From Lepidodermella squamata (taxonomy: Eukaryota > Animalia > Gastrotricha), in contig JBLDXI010000021.1 of the NCBI GenBank assembly GCA_047495785.1, forward strand, positions 558,001 through 622,000: a stretch of DNA of 64,000 nucleotides. Direction: 5' to 3'. This document shows, in pieces, positions 23,214 through 36,079 of this stretch. How positions within the stretch are numbered: position 1 is the stretch's first letter; each line of letters opens with the position of its first letter. The notes below the pieces were generated by a model. The model was not told where the DNA came from and made no database searches. It saw nothing but the letters and a program-made list of their open reading frames with translations. Made by a program: the position numbers and the translations under genes.

Positions 23214-25044
23214 ATGTTTTATCCGGACTTGGTGCTGAGCAAGCGCGGCCCACTTGCCAAAATCTGGCTGGCTGCTCACTGGGAAAGGAAACTAACAAAG
23301 GCTCAGATCTATGAAACGAACATTCCTGAGAGCGTGAGCGCTATCCTACGGCCTAAGGTGAGTAGAAAGGAGAGGTAACTGACGATATGATAATAATTTG
23401 TAACGCTTTTGTAGGTAAAACTGGCTTTGCGCACATCTGGCCATTTGTTGCTTGGAGTCGCTCGCATCTACCAGCGAAAAGCTACCTACCTTCTTTTCGA
23501 CTGCAACGAGTTCTTGTCTAAGACGCATCGCACCGCAATGAAAGCTATGGCAGAAGCAGTAGCTGAGCTTGCAGGCACCCATGTCCCCGCGATTGACATA
23601 GCCGGCCCCGAAGTTGCTGTCGCGCCTTCTGCTATCGAACTTCGTGCACCGTCGGGACTTGCTAAACAGCTAGCCGACTCATTCTTGCCCATCAATCTAC
23701 CAGATATGCTCTTCCCAATGGAGTGAGTTCGAATTTTTGAAGTTTTAAGGAGGATTTTGTAATTTCTTGTTTTGTTTTGCTAGAATGGGAATACCGCAAT
23801 TTGAAGAGGATCTTGATTACCTGACGATGGCTATTCCTATCGAGGAGCCCCGGCTTTCACGAGTTGACGTCGAATTGTCTCAGCGCATTGAAGACGACGG
23901 GTTTGGAGTGATTCCCGAAGAAGAAATGGCCGCACCGCCGCTTTTCGGTGACACTACTATGGGTGATACGACATTGCGGCCTTCGATTTTCGCCCCGGAC
24001 GAGTCGGTTACCGAACGGACGGACGATGGCATGACAACTATGGTTACGGACGATCGAAGTGCTTTCGTCGTGCCCATCGCTGCTTTCGATTCAACTATGG
24101 TAACTACCACCACTGCTGTATCGCGACCTCAAGCCGCCTCGACTACGACAGCTGAGCCCTCGAAGGCGAAGCGGCGTGACATTGCGACCAGGCGTAAACC
24201 GATTGTTGTCGATAAGGAAACCGTTATTCCTGGAGATCAGCTGAAAAATCAGTTGGTGACCACCCGAGATACGATGATCCCATTCACTCTCGCACCCGCG
24301 ACTCGTTTCGCTATGAACATCGAGCGCCATAACCCCCTCCTCCAGCCGAAATACGGTGGTTTGGGTCGATCTATCGACATCTCTCACAAGCTGTATGATT
24401 CGGTATTGGGTCAGCGGAAAATGGTATCGCCCGCACCTCAAATCGTTCCGGAAGTACCCCCGACCCCGTCTTCGGCCGAAATGGAGCAGCCGTCGATGGA
24501 ATTGGGCCGGCCTAGTATGGCTGAGTCGATCCCGCTCCCTTCACCCTCGCCTTTCGACCTAGTCCCACAAGTCATGCCCGAATCTCCGGTGCCGAGTAAA
24601 CGCCGCCGTGAATCACCTGCCGAAGAGATGATGCCTGACATCGACTTCCCGACCCTCATGCCCGAGTCTTTCGTCGCTGATATCGAAATGGCACCGCCGT
24701 CATCTCCCTCTCGCGCTAGCCCAACATCCCCACCACCTCTTGTCATCGAGCCAGCGCGGCCCCCGGCTGAACCCCTCGGCTTGATCGCTAGTACGGTCGA
24801 TCGTCTTTCCGGATATCTGAGTCAACGAATGCCGCTAGTCGCCCCTCTCGATTTCGACGCAGTTCACACTGCAGTTGTTGCTTCGATGGATTCGCAGATT
24901 TCACGCAAATCCGCCGCAGCGTTTTTCTACGCCACCCTACTGGTCGCCAAAAAGAATGCCATTAGTTTGAAACAGGACGAGCCGTATGGTCCGATCTCTC
25001 TTGATAACCCCCTCGAACTCTCTGGTCCGCAGGAGGTTATGTAA
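23214..25044 (+). CDS. RAD21: Cohesin alpha-kleisin (Rad21/Rec8 family), 3 exons
   Basis: N-terminus [23 protein letters not shown]...[17 protein letters not shown]; C-terminal winged helix [13 protein letters not shown]...QDEPYGPI. Introns 23358-23414 and 23723-23783. ExxR separase-like sites (EEPR, ELGR). Confidence 0.85.
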
Positions 25045-25622
25045 AATTAGTCTTAACATCTTCAATTATGCACGACGATAACATTCTTGGCCATGAATGA
25101 AAAATTAACATTTCCGGAGAAATCACAATTAATTTCCCGATTTCGATCAGTCAATTACGGCTTCAATTTATGGCTATCCTTGCTTGTATTTTGCCACAAC
25201 CAAAAATGATTCTCGGTTTTGTATTTTGCCTTCCGATCTTCTATCATGCCATCTTCAGTTGTCTCCATCTGATTTTTATACATTCGCATGCTCAATCTTA
25301 CATCCGCTTCAATTTTGTATTTTGCCTCGTGTTATTAAGATTTTGCTCATGTAGCCGAACGATCTTGTTATAACTGCCTGGAATTTTGATGCATCAATGA
25401 AGAATAAAATGACGTTGTTGTTTTTTCACCCGTGAGTTTTATACAATGTGATTCATTGGAGTAAAAGCGTGTTCATGAAGCAGTTGTTCGGGTGTACAGA
25501 GATGCGCATAAAGGATCTACGTAGAAGCATGTATCACGACTCCTACGTGAACACGTAAATTAAGATGGAAAGAGAAGAACAGTGGAGGCATTGCTTATTC
25601 CTCAAAAATTTTGACACCAGCC

Positions 25623-27401
25623 ATGTTTGTAAAACTGTTCAAAGTTTTAATCGGATCCGCATTGATTTTGGGCTCGGCGAAGGCTCAGTTATCCCGCTCG
25701 GAATCGTTGCAGATTTATGACACTTGCAGCAAACGAATTCAAAGTCCGAACTATCCGAATGGATACAATTCAGACTCATCCTATAGATGGGATATCAGCT
25801 CAGATTCAGACAAAGTATTTACTCGGGATTTCCCAATTTTCATGAATTTTAACACCACCATTTTCAGCTAATCATGGTGACATTTTCTGACATCAATTTG
25901 GATGACACCGGTTGTGACACCTACGTCAGTTTCGTCGACGATACTGATACGGAACTGGTAAGATACTGCGGCACGCAAGCAGATTTACCCGAATCTGTCA
26001 TGGCCAACAGCAATGTTGTCAGTATTATTTTCAACGTCGGGCCATTCCCAGAGCCCGGTAAAAGAGGATTCCGCGCTGACGTCCGCGTTTTCAAGCCTCT
26101 CGAGAAAGTAATGAGGCCAATATCTGTAGCTACGACTACGACAACAGCTAGAGCGGCAACAACAACAACGACCACCACCACAACTACACGGCCAACTACG
26201 ACCACGTATTAGATTTTCTAAACGTTTTAGATTGATTTTACGGGTTTAATTGCTTCGTTAGAACGACCACCACAACTACAACTACCCGAGCAGCTGCTCC
26301 GATTAATGCCGGGGGAAGCTATAGTACTGATCCAAACTGGCGATGTGGTATGCCAAACAACCAGTTGCGTCAGCAAGCGTCGAAAATTATTGGTGGACAG
26401 GCTGCTGCAGTTGGCGAATTTCCATGGTAAATGCGAAAGATGCGCGATAAAATTGAAGTTTAAATTGGCTGATTTAATAGGATGCTTCAGCTGCGCTTTA
26501 ATGATTTCGCTATCTGCGGTGCCTCGTTGATCAACGCCCGATTCGCTATTGGTGCTCTACATTGTTTCGCAGGACAGGAAGCTGCCAACAAGAACAGCTG
26601 GAGGTATGGCGAAGATTTTTATAAAGTTTCTCTATGTTATTTTAAACCATATGCGTTTCTCAGGAACCCGAGCGAAAACTGGTCAGTGACTGCCGGCGCT
26701 CATTTCCGTGGAAGCAATCTCAACTTCAATGCTTCAACGCGTATGATCAAGAAAGTTAATGTGCACCCCGATATTATGACGCAGTGGTCAACTCGAATGT
26801 AAGAGAAACAATACATGATAAGAAATTATAAATAATAATTGGCATTATTATTAGGGATTCATGGTCACCTGAGAGTGGCGCGCATGATATCGTTGTTCTC
26901 GAGCTTGATGCCCCGTTGTATCCAAGCCCTAATATCAGTTACATCTGCATGCCCAGGGACACCGACTACGGCACCCTTGGCGTGGATAGTGCCAATAACG
27001 CCCAAATATTTTGCACAGCCAGTGGTTGGGGAGTAACAACTACCGGCGTCACTCCCACTAATTCGCTGGCCTTGCAAAAGGTCCAGGTCAATTTGGTCGA
27101 CCGGTCAAATTGCCTAGATTTCTATGCAGGCTACAATATTGCCGACGACATGTTCTGCGCCAACAATCTGACTCGCTCAGGCGACAGTTGCCAGGGTGAC
27201 TCTGGCGGTCCGTTGCAATGCCGCAAATTTGTGACCAATTATGGATTCGAGTCTTATGAATTGGCCGGTGTAGTCAGCTGGGGAGTGGGCTGTGGTTTGG
27301 TGACGAAGCCTGGTATCTACACTAACGTTCTGAAATATATGCCATGGATTAAGCAAGTTGTTGGGAGTGAACCTATTTTCTACAAAGGCAGCCTATTTTA
27401 A
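25623..27401 (+). CDS. Secreted CUB-Thr-rich-trypsin serine protease, catalytically intact
   Basis: Signal peptide, CUB (IQSPNYPNGY, YCG, RGF), poly-Thr linker, activation site K-IIGG, His in ALHC, Asp in HDIVVL, Ser in GDSCQGDSGGP. Multi-exon. Confidence 0.9.
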
Positions 27402-28481
27402 CTCCAAGACTTTCATATACTAAAAGTTGCTGATATTATTATTATTGAATCGAGGCGGAAGAAATAAAATGCTAAGCAATAATTGGCGGCACTTACTTCA
27501 GGGTAATGATTGCAACAAGATAGCATTACGTATTATAAATATTATTGGCAATATTATTTTTTATTGAGCTAGCTGTGCGCGAAAAGAGAATATCCTAATT
27601 GAATTCAAATTTGCGCACGAGCTTTTTACGTGTAAATGGCAACATTAAGGCAAGCGGAATAAGAGCAAGATGGCTGAAGAGTAACTGCGCATATTTCTTC
27701 ATCTTATTTCCACGCAGTTTTTGTCTCCGCGCAGTGCGCTGTGTCTCGTAGCAGCATCGTTGCAGCTTGTTGTAGCACGATGTGAAATAACAACGACATG
27801 CATTATTAACTTTGGGTAGTCAACATTTAGATCAAATCCATCGGAGGAACGAGGAACACAATAGAGCCGGGGTAAATTGTAACAAATACAGTTCAAGTAC
27901 AGTACCGTGCCTCTCTACTGCAATTGACAAAACTTTTTATTTCAACTGTATCGTCGCTGACTGCCAGATTACCAATGTGGAGTATGGCGGAGGAAATAGT
28001 TCACGAGCTTGAAACTCACTAAAATCACAATTAGACCTCAAAATTGAAATTCAAGTTGTCGCTGTTCGCCAAAATTTACCTACTAATCAATCAATCAACA
28101 GTGAAAAATGCGTCACTTGAATAAGAAAACTGTTTAATCATGCATTGCTCTGATCGGAGAATTCTCCCGCACTTGTTCAGTGAAACCAAGCTTCAAGCTT
28201 CAATAATACACCGAAGTTTATATTTTTGCATTAATTCCGACAGGTGATACGCAAGCGACAGGTGCGCGACGATTCGGATTAATTTGCGCGACGGTTTTGG
28301 CTTCCCTCATTCTGATTGGTCATTTATTGCGAATTCAGTTCAGATCAGCTCAGCCAAAGAAACATTACTGACTCTGAAACGCCGCTGAAACGGAAAACAG
28401 CCCATGTCGTACGGCATCAGACAAAGGGCCTAAACGATCCCCCCGTCGATCGCCCTTATTGCAAGGTACTTTATAGGGGCG

Positions 28482-28503
28482 TTTCGCGCGCTTTCGCGCG
28501 AAA
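28482..28503. promoter_or_regulatory. Tandem/palindromic E2F-consensus sites upstream of PIN1
   Basis: TTTCGCGC at 28482-28489 and a perfect palindrome TTTCGCGCGAAA at 28492-28503. Confidence 0.35.
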
Positions 28504-28893
28504 ATTCAAATTTATAAAAACGAAATTGTGCATTATTAAAATTAATTTAATTTAAGGCCCAAAAAATGTTTTTTCAGAATTATATGTGAAAAGCGACTCG
28601 TCACCGGGTCCAAAATAGCTTTTTGAAATGATAATACCAAAACGGCCTTCGAAAATAACTCCAGAAAAGCGAAGACAAATCTTTTGCGCGTAAAACATAA
28701 AGTACTAGTTAGCTGTAGAGCTTTCCCTTATTGAATAGTGCCATCAGATATCTGAGATCACTAGCTGGTTGATTGTGCACTTTTTTGCTGAAATATTTCT
28801 GCTAGTCAGTTCTTGAACCCCCCGCAACCCGCAGCAATCATATCATTCCGCTCTCGTTTCTCTTGCTAGAATTATCTTCATTATCAATTGATA

Positions 28894-29232
28894 ATGTCTC
28901 AAGTCCGATGCAGCCATTTGCTTGTTAAGCATCGCGAATCTCGCCGCCCTTCATCATGGCGCGAACAAAACATTACAAGAAGCAAGGAGGAAGCTTTGGC
29001 TATCATTCAGCAGTACAGAGAAGAGATAGTCAGTGGCAAGGCTACTCTGGGGCAGCTGGCAAAACAATTCAGTGACTGCAGTTCCGCTCAACGTGATGGT
29101 GATCTGGGTGCATTTGGTCGGGGTCAAATGCAGAAACCGTTTGAAGATGCATCGTTTTCGCTCAAGGTCGGAGAACTGAGCCAACCAATTTTTACTGATA
29201 GCGGCGTTCATCTCATACTGCGCACTGCTTGA
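28894..29232 (+). CDS. PIN1: Pin1-type parvulin peptidyl-prolyl isomerase (PPIase domain only visible)
   Basis: Motifs [52 protein letters not shown] and TDSGVH.ILRT. Confidence 0.92.
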   Translation: MSQVRCSHLLVKHRESRRPSSWREQNITRSKEEALAIIQQYREEIVSGKATLGQLAKQFSDCSSAQRDGDLGAFGRGQMQKPFEDASFSLKVGELSQPIFTDSGVHLILRTA

Positions 29233-29450
29233 AAAATACCTGAAGAGCCAGTTTGATTTATGTGACTTCATATGAACCTTTATCTCAGTGTCGTCAGCGT
29301 AAGACATACTTACCCGTGATTAATTGGAGCTCAACACTGTTGTCATTGCTAAATTTTTGATTCTAGTCCAGCGATATTGTCAAGATGCACAGCATTTAAC
29401 GGACACTGCATTTTTCTCTGCATATTAGGTTTTTATAAGAGATGACATAG

Positions 29451-32450
29451 ATGGCTAGTGCCAGGTTAAATTTAAACAATGGGACACACGGTGCTCACGG
29501 CACCACTAATCTAAACGAAGTTGAGGAGTACAAGCCGAGGAAGTACGATGATTTCGAAACAATATCTTGGCATCGAGACATTGCGCAAAGTCGTGTGCGT
29601 TCTCGACGGCTCAAGCGCGAAAGTAAATCATCATGGATTGGTCGCATCAAAGCATCTTTCGACTCATGGTCTGGGTGGCTGTGCGTTCTTGTTGTCGGGT
29701 GTGTTACGGGTCTTGTAATTGCGTCGATTGATATCGCCACATCGTGGGCCAGCGACTTGAAAAACGGCGTGTGTTCCTACACCTTTTGGTTCAACAAAGA
29801 ACAGTGCTGCTGGACAGATAATACTACATATTTGGAAGGTCTGGACACTTCAAATGGTTGTCAAGGGGTGAGTAAATCCTTTCAAGAATTGTTAGCGTAA
29901 TATTGATCATTTTAATTACAGTGGTCAAACTGGCCGGCGATTTTCGGTGCAACAGGGGAAACCTCAACATTCGTAGCTGGCTATTTTGCGTTCGCTGGTT
30001 GGGCACTATTATTCGCGACGATAGCTACGATGTTTCCTCGAGTATTTGCTCCTTATGCTTCCGGCTCTGGTGTACCCGAGGTTAAAACTATTCTCAGTGG
30101 TTTCATCATGCACGGATTCTTAGGCATGTGGACGTTGCTAATCAAATCCGTCGCCCTGGTTCTCGCTGTCGCGTCGGGCTTAGCCCTCGGCAAGGAAGGT
30201 CCCATGGTTCATATTGGTAGTTGTGTCGGTAATATCGTTGCTCGTCTGTTTCCTAAATACGCGAAAAACGAGGCGAAACGCCGTGAAATTCTTTCTGCTG
30301 CATGTGCTGCCGGTGTCTCGTGCGCTTTCGGTGCCCCGCTTGGCGGGGTCCTTTTCAGTCTTGAAGAGGTGTCCTATTACTTCCCGCTGAAAACTTTGTG
30401 GCGTTCTTTCTTCTGCTCTCTGGTCGCCTTTGTGACTGTCATTATGGTCAATCCTTATGGCACTGATCGTGCTACAATCCTCCAGACGGAATACACTCAT
30501 CCGTATGATTGGCTTGAGTTCATTCCCTTCGCATTACTCGGTATTTTCGGCGGCTTATGGGGATCAATGTTTACTCGGTTAAATATAATGTGGTGTCGGT
30601 ATCGAAAAACATCGGTTTTGGGTCAATATCCCATCTCGGAAGTGATAATGATGACGCTAATTACTGCTCTGGCTACTTTCCCGCTGGTCTACACGCGTTA
30701 CGATACGTCATTCGTAATTCATGCTCTAGTTTCTCAATGTGGAATGGAAGACAAGTCAGATTTGTGCGATTACAAGTATGTGGATGCTCCAGATCGAGGC
30801 AAAGCGATATCGATTATTCCCCACGTCGAACCTGGCCCTCGACTTGCTACGGCTTGTTGGCAACTCGCGCTTGCCTTAGTCATCAAAACTTGTCTAACAA
30901 CATTAACCATTGGAATGAAGGTAATATTTGAAAAAAAAATCAAATTTCTTGGCATGCATTGTTTCAATTTCAGGTACCCGCTGGAATTTACATTCCTTCA
31001 ATGGCCGCCGGGGCTATAACCGGTCGTTTAATTGGTATTATGATGCAATACATCCTTCCGTCGATAAAAGGCTCGCTCATGGAAGACCTGCTTTGCAAGT
31101 CGAAGGGTAACGGTGGCTGCATAAATCCCGGTCTTTACGCTATGGTCGGCGCCGCCGGATTTCTCGGCGGTACGACTCGAATGACAGTCGCTTTGGTCAC
31201 TATTATGATGGAGCTAACAGGCAGTGTTCGTTACATAGTCCCAGTTATGGCCGCAGTAATGATGAGCAAATGGGTTGGCGATGCGTTGGAGCCTCGCGGT
31301 TTCAACGAAGCTCACATCCGCCTTAACGGATATCCTTTCCTCGACAATAAGGAAGAGTTTGTCTACTCAACCCTGGCTGCTGATGCGATGCGGCCGCGGA
31401 AGGGCGATCCTCCACTCGAGGTTCTAACCCAAGATTCTATGACAGTTGATGAAATTGAGGAGATGCTCAGGGTTTCTACGCACAACGGTTTTCCTATCAT
31501 AGTCAGTCGAGATACCCCGTATCTTGTTGGATTCGTTACACGGCGCGAGCTTCGTGAAGCATTAGGTCTGTTATCATTATTAATTACAAAATGGATTAGA
31601 TTTGAATTCAACCTCAAAATTTAGACAAAATGTTAATATTTTTCATGCCCCAAGGCAATTTTTTACTCTTTTGCGTGCGTTTTGACGTTACCGTTTCTCG
31701 CGTGAGCGTGAGCAAAAAGAAGCATAAAGAAATAGTAGAACAAAAACGTATTTTTGAAGGCTGCTTTACTGAAAAATTCGGAAAGTAACAGCGAAATTTT
31801 TGAATTCTCGGCGAATGAAAAAATTGAAAATGTCTAATATTATCGAACTCTTTTTGCAATTTCTAACGTGTTTGGCCAACCTTATGATTTGACATTTTTT
31901 GATCGCTCATTTGCTGATTCGAAATGTGAAGAAAATTGAGAACAAATGGCAGATTTACGCAATTCGAAAATTAATTGAAAATTAAATCATAAATCCAAAT
32001 GATTTATTTTATATTAATGTGATCCTTATTTCAGATTATGCCTTGGCGAATGAAGAAGGCGTTGTTGGCGAATCGAAGGTATTATTCACCGATACTACGC
32101 TCACCTCATCTCAGAGCTATCAAATCGGTGGCAGTGATATTCGCGGCGTTTTGCCGACATCCGCTTCTTTCAGCAACGACGTTGGCGATATTTCAAACAA
32201 CGGCTCAGCAGCGAACGGTGCGCTGGGCGGCCCTGCGCTCGTCCGGCTACGGCGAATCGTCGATTTCTGCCCGATGACGGTCACGGATCAAACGCCGATG
32301 GAAACAGTCACGGACATGTTCCGAAAATTGGGCCTGCGTCAAATGCTCGTAACTCACCACTCGCGTTTGTTAGGAATCATAACGAAAAAAGACGTGTTAC
32401 AACACATTCTTGAGCGGGAAGAAGCTGATGTTCCAATCATATTTAGATGA
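29451..32450 (+). CDS. ClC-3/4/5-like endosomal chloride transporter with two CBS domains, 4 exons
   Basis: Motifs [50 protein letters not shown] and LLGIITKKD. Introns near 29869-29920, 30921-30973 and 31566-32034. Confidence 0.93.
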
Positions 32451-33773
32451 TGAGATGATAATGAAAATCGTGTTTTTCAAGACTTATATAAATTATTTTA
32501 TCGCGAGAAAGTAAATATTATCGTGAATCAATCGATATTTCAGTACGTCTGATCGACAACCGTCTCTTGTGTTTTCTTTCGAATTGCATGTTGATCGAAA
32601 GATGGACGACGAGCGTGTCTACTCCTATACCTGTTCTACACTTCGTATTATTCGACGCTTTCGCAATCGTCATTGTATAATTGATAGCGTTCCAAGTTTT
32701 TCTACGAAAACATATTGAGAGATGGGGCAATAAAATGAAGATTTATTTATAAACTCCGTTTTTATCCTGAACTTCTTTTTTTCTTATCTTTTGGCGGTGA
32801 TAAGACAACTGCCTGCAGGGTTATCGTTCGTTGGGTTCAGGGTCCAGCGGGGGTGCTTTTTGTGTGGCGAGATGGCCACTGATTAGGACCCCGAAAGATT
32901 CATTTTGCAGCTCATATGAATAGCCGCGATCATTTTATGGTAGCTCTATTTGCAAGCAGGTAAAAGAAACAAAAAAGTAGCTTACAGCTTTGCACGTGAT
33001 ATTCCCAAAAAAAGTAAATCATGCTACATAATGAAGTCTCTTTAGCATCAGTTAATTAGGAGCCGACGATCTGCTTCGAATCAACCTCGTGTCGCCCTAA
33101 ATTGACTTTCCCGCGACATATTTCATCTGTACTCCCTAACTGACGATCTGCTTAGCATAGGTATAACAAATTTCTGGCTTAGACGGGGCTTCCTTATGCC
33201 ATCTTCTGGAATTTCTTCGGGAAATATTGAATAACACCACGGCAATTTCAATTTCGCTTTGACTCGCCACGATGCTGGCGGAAATGACTTACAGCAGAAA
33301 TATGTTTTTGGCGGAAAAGCTTCAGCGGAAATGCAAAAGCGGAAAGTAGAGAACACGCCACGATGATTTGGCGAGAACGAGGTTACGCGATAAGCGAACG
33401 CTCTAAATTTTTGCTGTGACTTTTATCTCCCACACGATTGTAGGAAGTACCAAAATGCGACTTGATATCATTTCAAGAAAAAGCGCCATTCCGACATCGG
33501 AATTTTTTAAAGTAGGCATCGTATAGCGAATGCCACCGGTGTGTTCTCGGCTAAAAAGATAAAGATAATATCCCTATTTTTGGCTGAAATTTCTTAGGAA
33601 AAAATCGACAGTCTTCCAAATTGACGTTGCTACGAGCTTTGAACCTTCTTGTAACTTGTAACACCTCTTTTTTCGTGAAACCATATTCGGATGTTGGCTT
33701 ACAGACTCAAGACTTCGCTGGTAGTTTTCATTTTCAAAAAAATTATCATGATGTTGCAAATTCACAACTGGCT

Positions 33774-35142
33774 TCAAAATATAAGTATGACAGAAACTGC
33801 TCCGATAATCAAGGTTAAAAGACTGAAACAGCTTTTAAGCTGTAGGCCGAATGAGATGTCCAGAAATTCAATGTCGTAATCCTGTAGGACTTTAGATAAA
33901 CGATGTATCGATTCACCCATGTAATCGTCGTGATAATCGTATTCTTCTTCCGGTGTCGTAGCCGCGGATGCTTTTGTTGTCCTGGGCGAAGGTTTCGGCG
34001 TGACTGGAGCTCTGCTGATAATATTAGGCGCTGGTGTATCGGGCACTCCGCCATCCCCACCATCTCCGAATGGTTCAGCAGTCGTTTTCGGGCCAGCAGT
34101 GGTTCTTCCACCTCCTGAAGGCGCGGGACCGGGGCCAGGGGCAGGGCCAGGAGCAGGCCCACCAGCGGGTGCGCACGTCGCGGGTGTGCCCGGTATAACA
34201 TCTGCGGGCTTTTTCGATGGCTTTGCCAAATAGCTAGACACTTCTTTCGGCAATTCATCATCACCACAAATAAGTTTCTCCTTCGCGTTCAACATTCGCA
34301 GCCTAATAAAGTTTCCGATCAATTTGAATGCAGCAGTTGCCGCTCTTTCCTGACACTGCGAGTTGATAGAATAAACAACCTGGAAAACAATAGAATTTCT
34401 TAGCATTTCAGCGAATGTAGGAAAGGAAAGATAATCTCACCACATTGGCGTAGACTTTAGCAGAGGCACAGTCAAAAGCAGAGCAATTTCGCAAGACTTT
34501 ATCATCGACTTCCTCCAGCTGTTTCTTGTAGTCACTTAGAGCCGAACTTGTAATAGCCTTCCTCATGCAAGCCTGATTCGCATCGAAATCCGCCGCAGTT
34601 TCATCGTCGCAAATGTCGGTGATTGCTTCGAAATTGGCTCGCAGTTCCGTTGGATCTTTTGGAAATGCTGGCGCATCGCCCCCGGCTGGCTGAGGAACCT
34701 GATCGAGAAGATTGGTGATGCCATCGTCCGTTAAACAATTCCACCACCTTCTCCCGCCATTTTTCTGAGTGCAATCTGTATAGTTATTTTGAATATGAAT
34801 CCAAAATAAGGGAATTAGTGCATAAATTCTGACCTAAAACTTTATTGTAAGGTTCGCAATTTCTTTTTAGCCGACTCAGCCAGTTGGTTCGAACATCGTC
34901 CGGCCATTGCAAAACTTGCGAAGGCATAGACACCTGGCTGGCAAGGCTCGAGAACCCTGCGAAGTTAACGTTGTTGAATTGCTGCAAGCAGATCAAACCG
35001 AATGGCCCTAGTTGACAGCTTTGCGAGGTCGCCTATGGTTCATAATAACAAATTGACATTTTTCGGCCGATGGGAAACCTAATAGTACCTCTTTCGCCAA
35101 CCCCAAGACTATTGCAACTACAGCATGAAGTAAATTCGCCAT
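33774..35142 (-). CDS. Cys-rich surface protein, family copy A (signal peptide, Pro/Thr stalk, GPI-like tail), 4 exons
   Basis: MANLLHAVVAIVLGLAKE|ATSQSCQLGPFGLIC...DCTQKNGGRRWWNC...CMRKA...CSAFDC...NSQC, then a hydrophobic C-terminus. Three GT-AG introns. Confidence 0.8.
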
Positions 35143-36079
35143 CAAATCTGGTCAATATTCCCAGCTATCGAGCCAGAGAACTTTAGTTGAGCGTGGAATC
35201 TTGCTATACCAAATGTATACTATAGCGTATCACAGTATTTGACTAAGGCGTCAAAAAAGTGTTTATTCTTTTAAATGTGAGACGAAACTGCGGTGCTATA
35301 AAGGTACCTACAGTGCAGTTGTTTTAGCTATGGGATTTAGCCCACGTTGTTACACCATTGTATCCAAGCTGAGTAACAACACGCGCAAGTGTAAAAAGTT
35401 CTCCAGCCCTATTTTATTCAACACTCTAAACATGTAGTCTCAAGTCCATTCATATGTTTGATTATTTCGCCGGGCGAAAGGAATAGAGATGAAATATTCC
35501 GGAACATTTTAATGGTTGAAACAGAGACGTTTCGGTGACTTGCGTCGTAGTGCACACATCAATTGATCGAAATTGACAATTTTCAATTGCAATCATTTGC
35601 TATAACATCCTCGAACCTTTTATCACGCTTGATGAGCTAGTTTGAAACATCCCTTGGAAATTCTTCCTCGAAATTAAAATTCGACATCGCTCCATCCGCA
35701 ATTCGAAGCCGCAAAAGAAGCCAGTGATGTTAATACCTTATATACAGGCACTAAAGATCACTTGTGTTGAACGGCTAACCACAGAGTTTTATCACATTGG
35801 AGGTTGCGTGGTTGCGTGTTTCCAATGTTATTATTGGAGAGATGTGATGAACTTCAGGAGCTGTTAAAGGCTCTATAACCAGAATGGACTAAAAATAGGC
35901 ATGGTTCTGATCAGATCCTGGAGGAAAAATTCTCAGATGTCGGATTCCACATGCGTCTCCTATAAACTTTTCATGTTTGGGAGACAATTATTTTTTGTTC
36001 TCATTTATTATATTCCGAAATGATGTTTCGATTCAAGATGACAACATTATATTCAAATGATTAAGGTGAGTCTGCTCTT

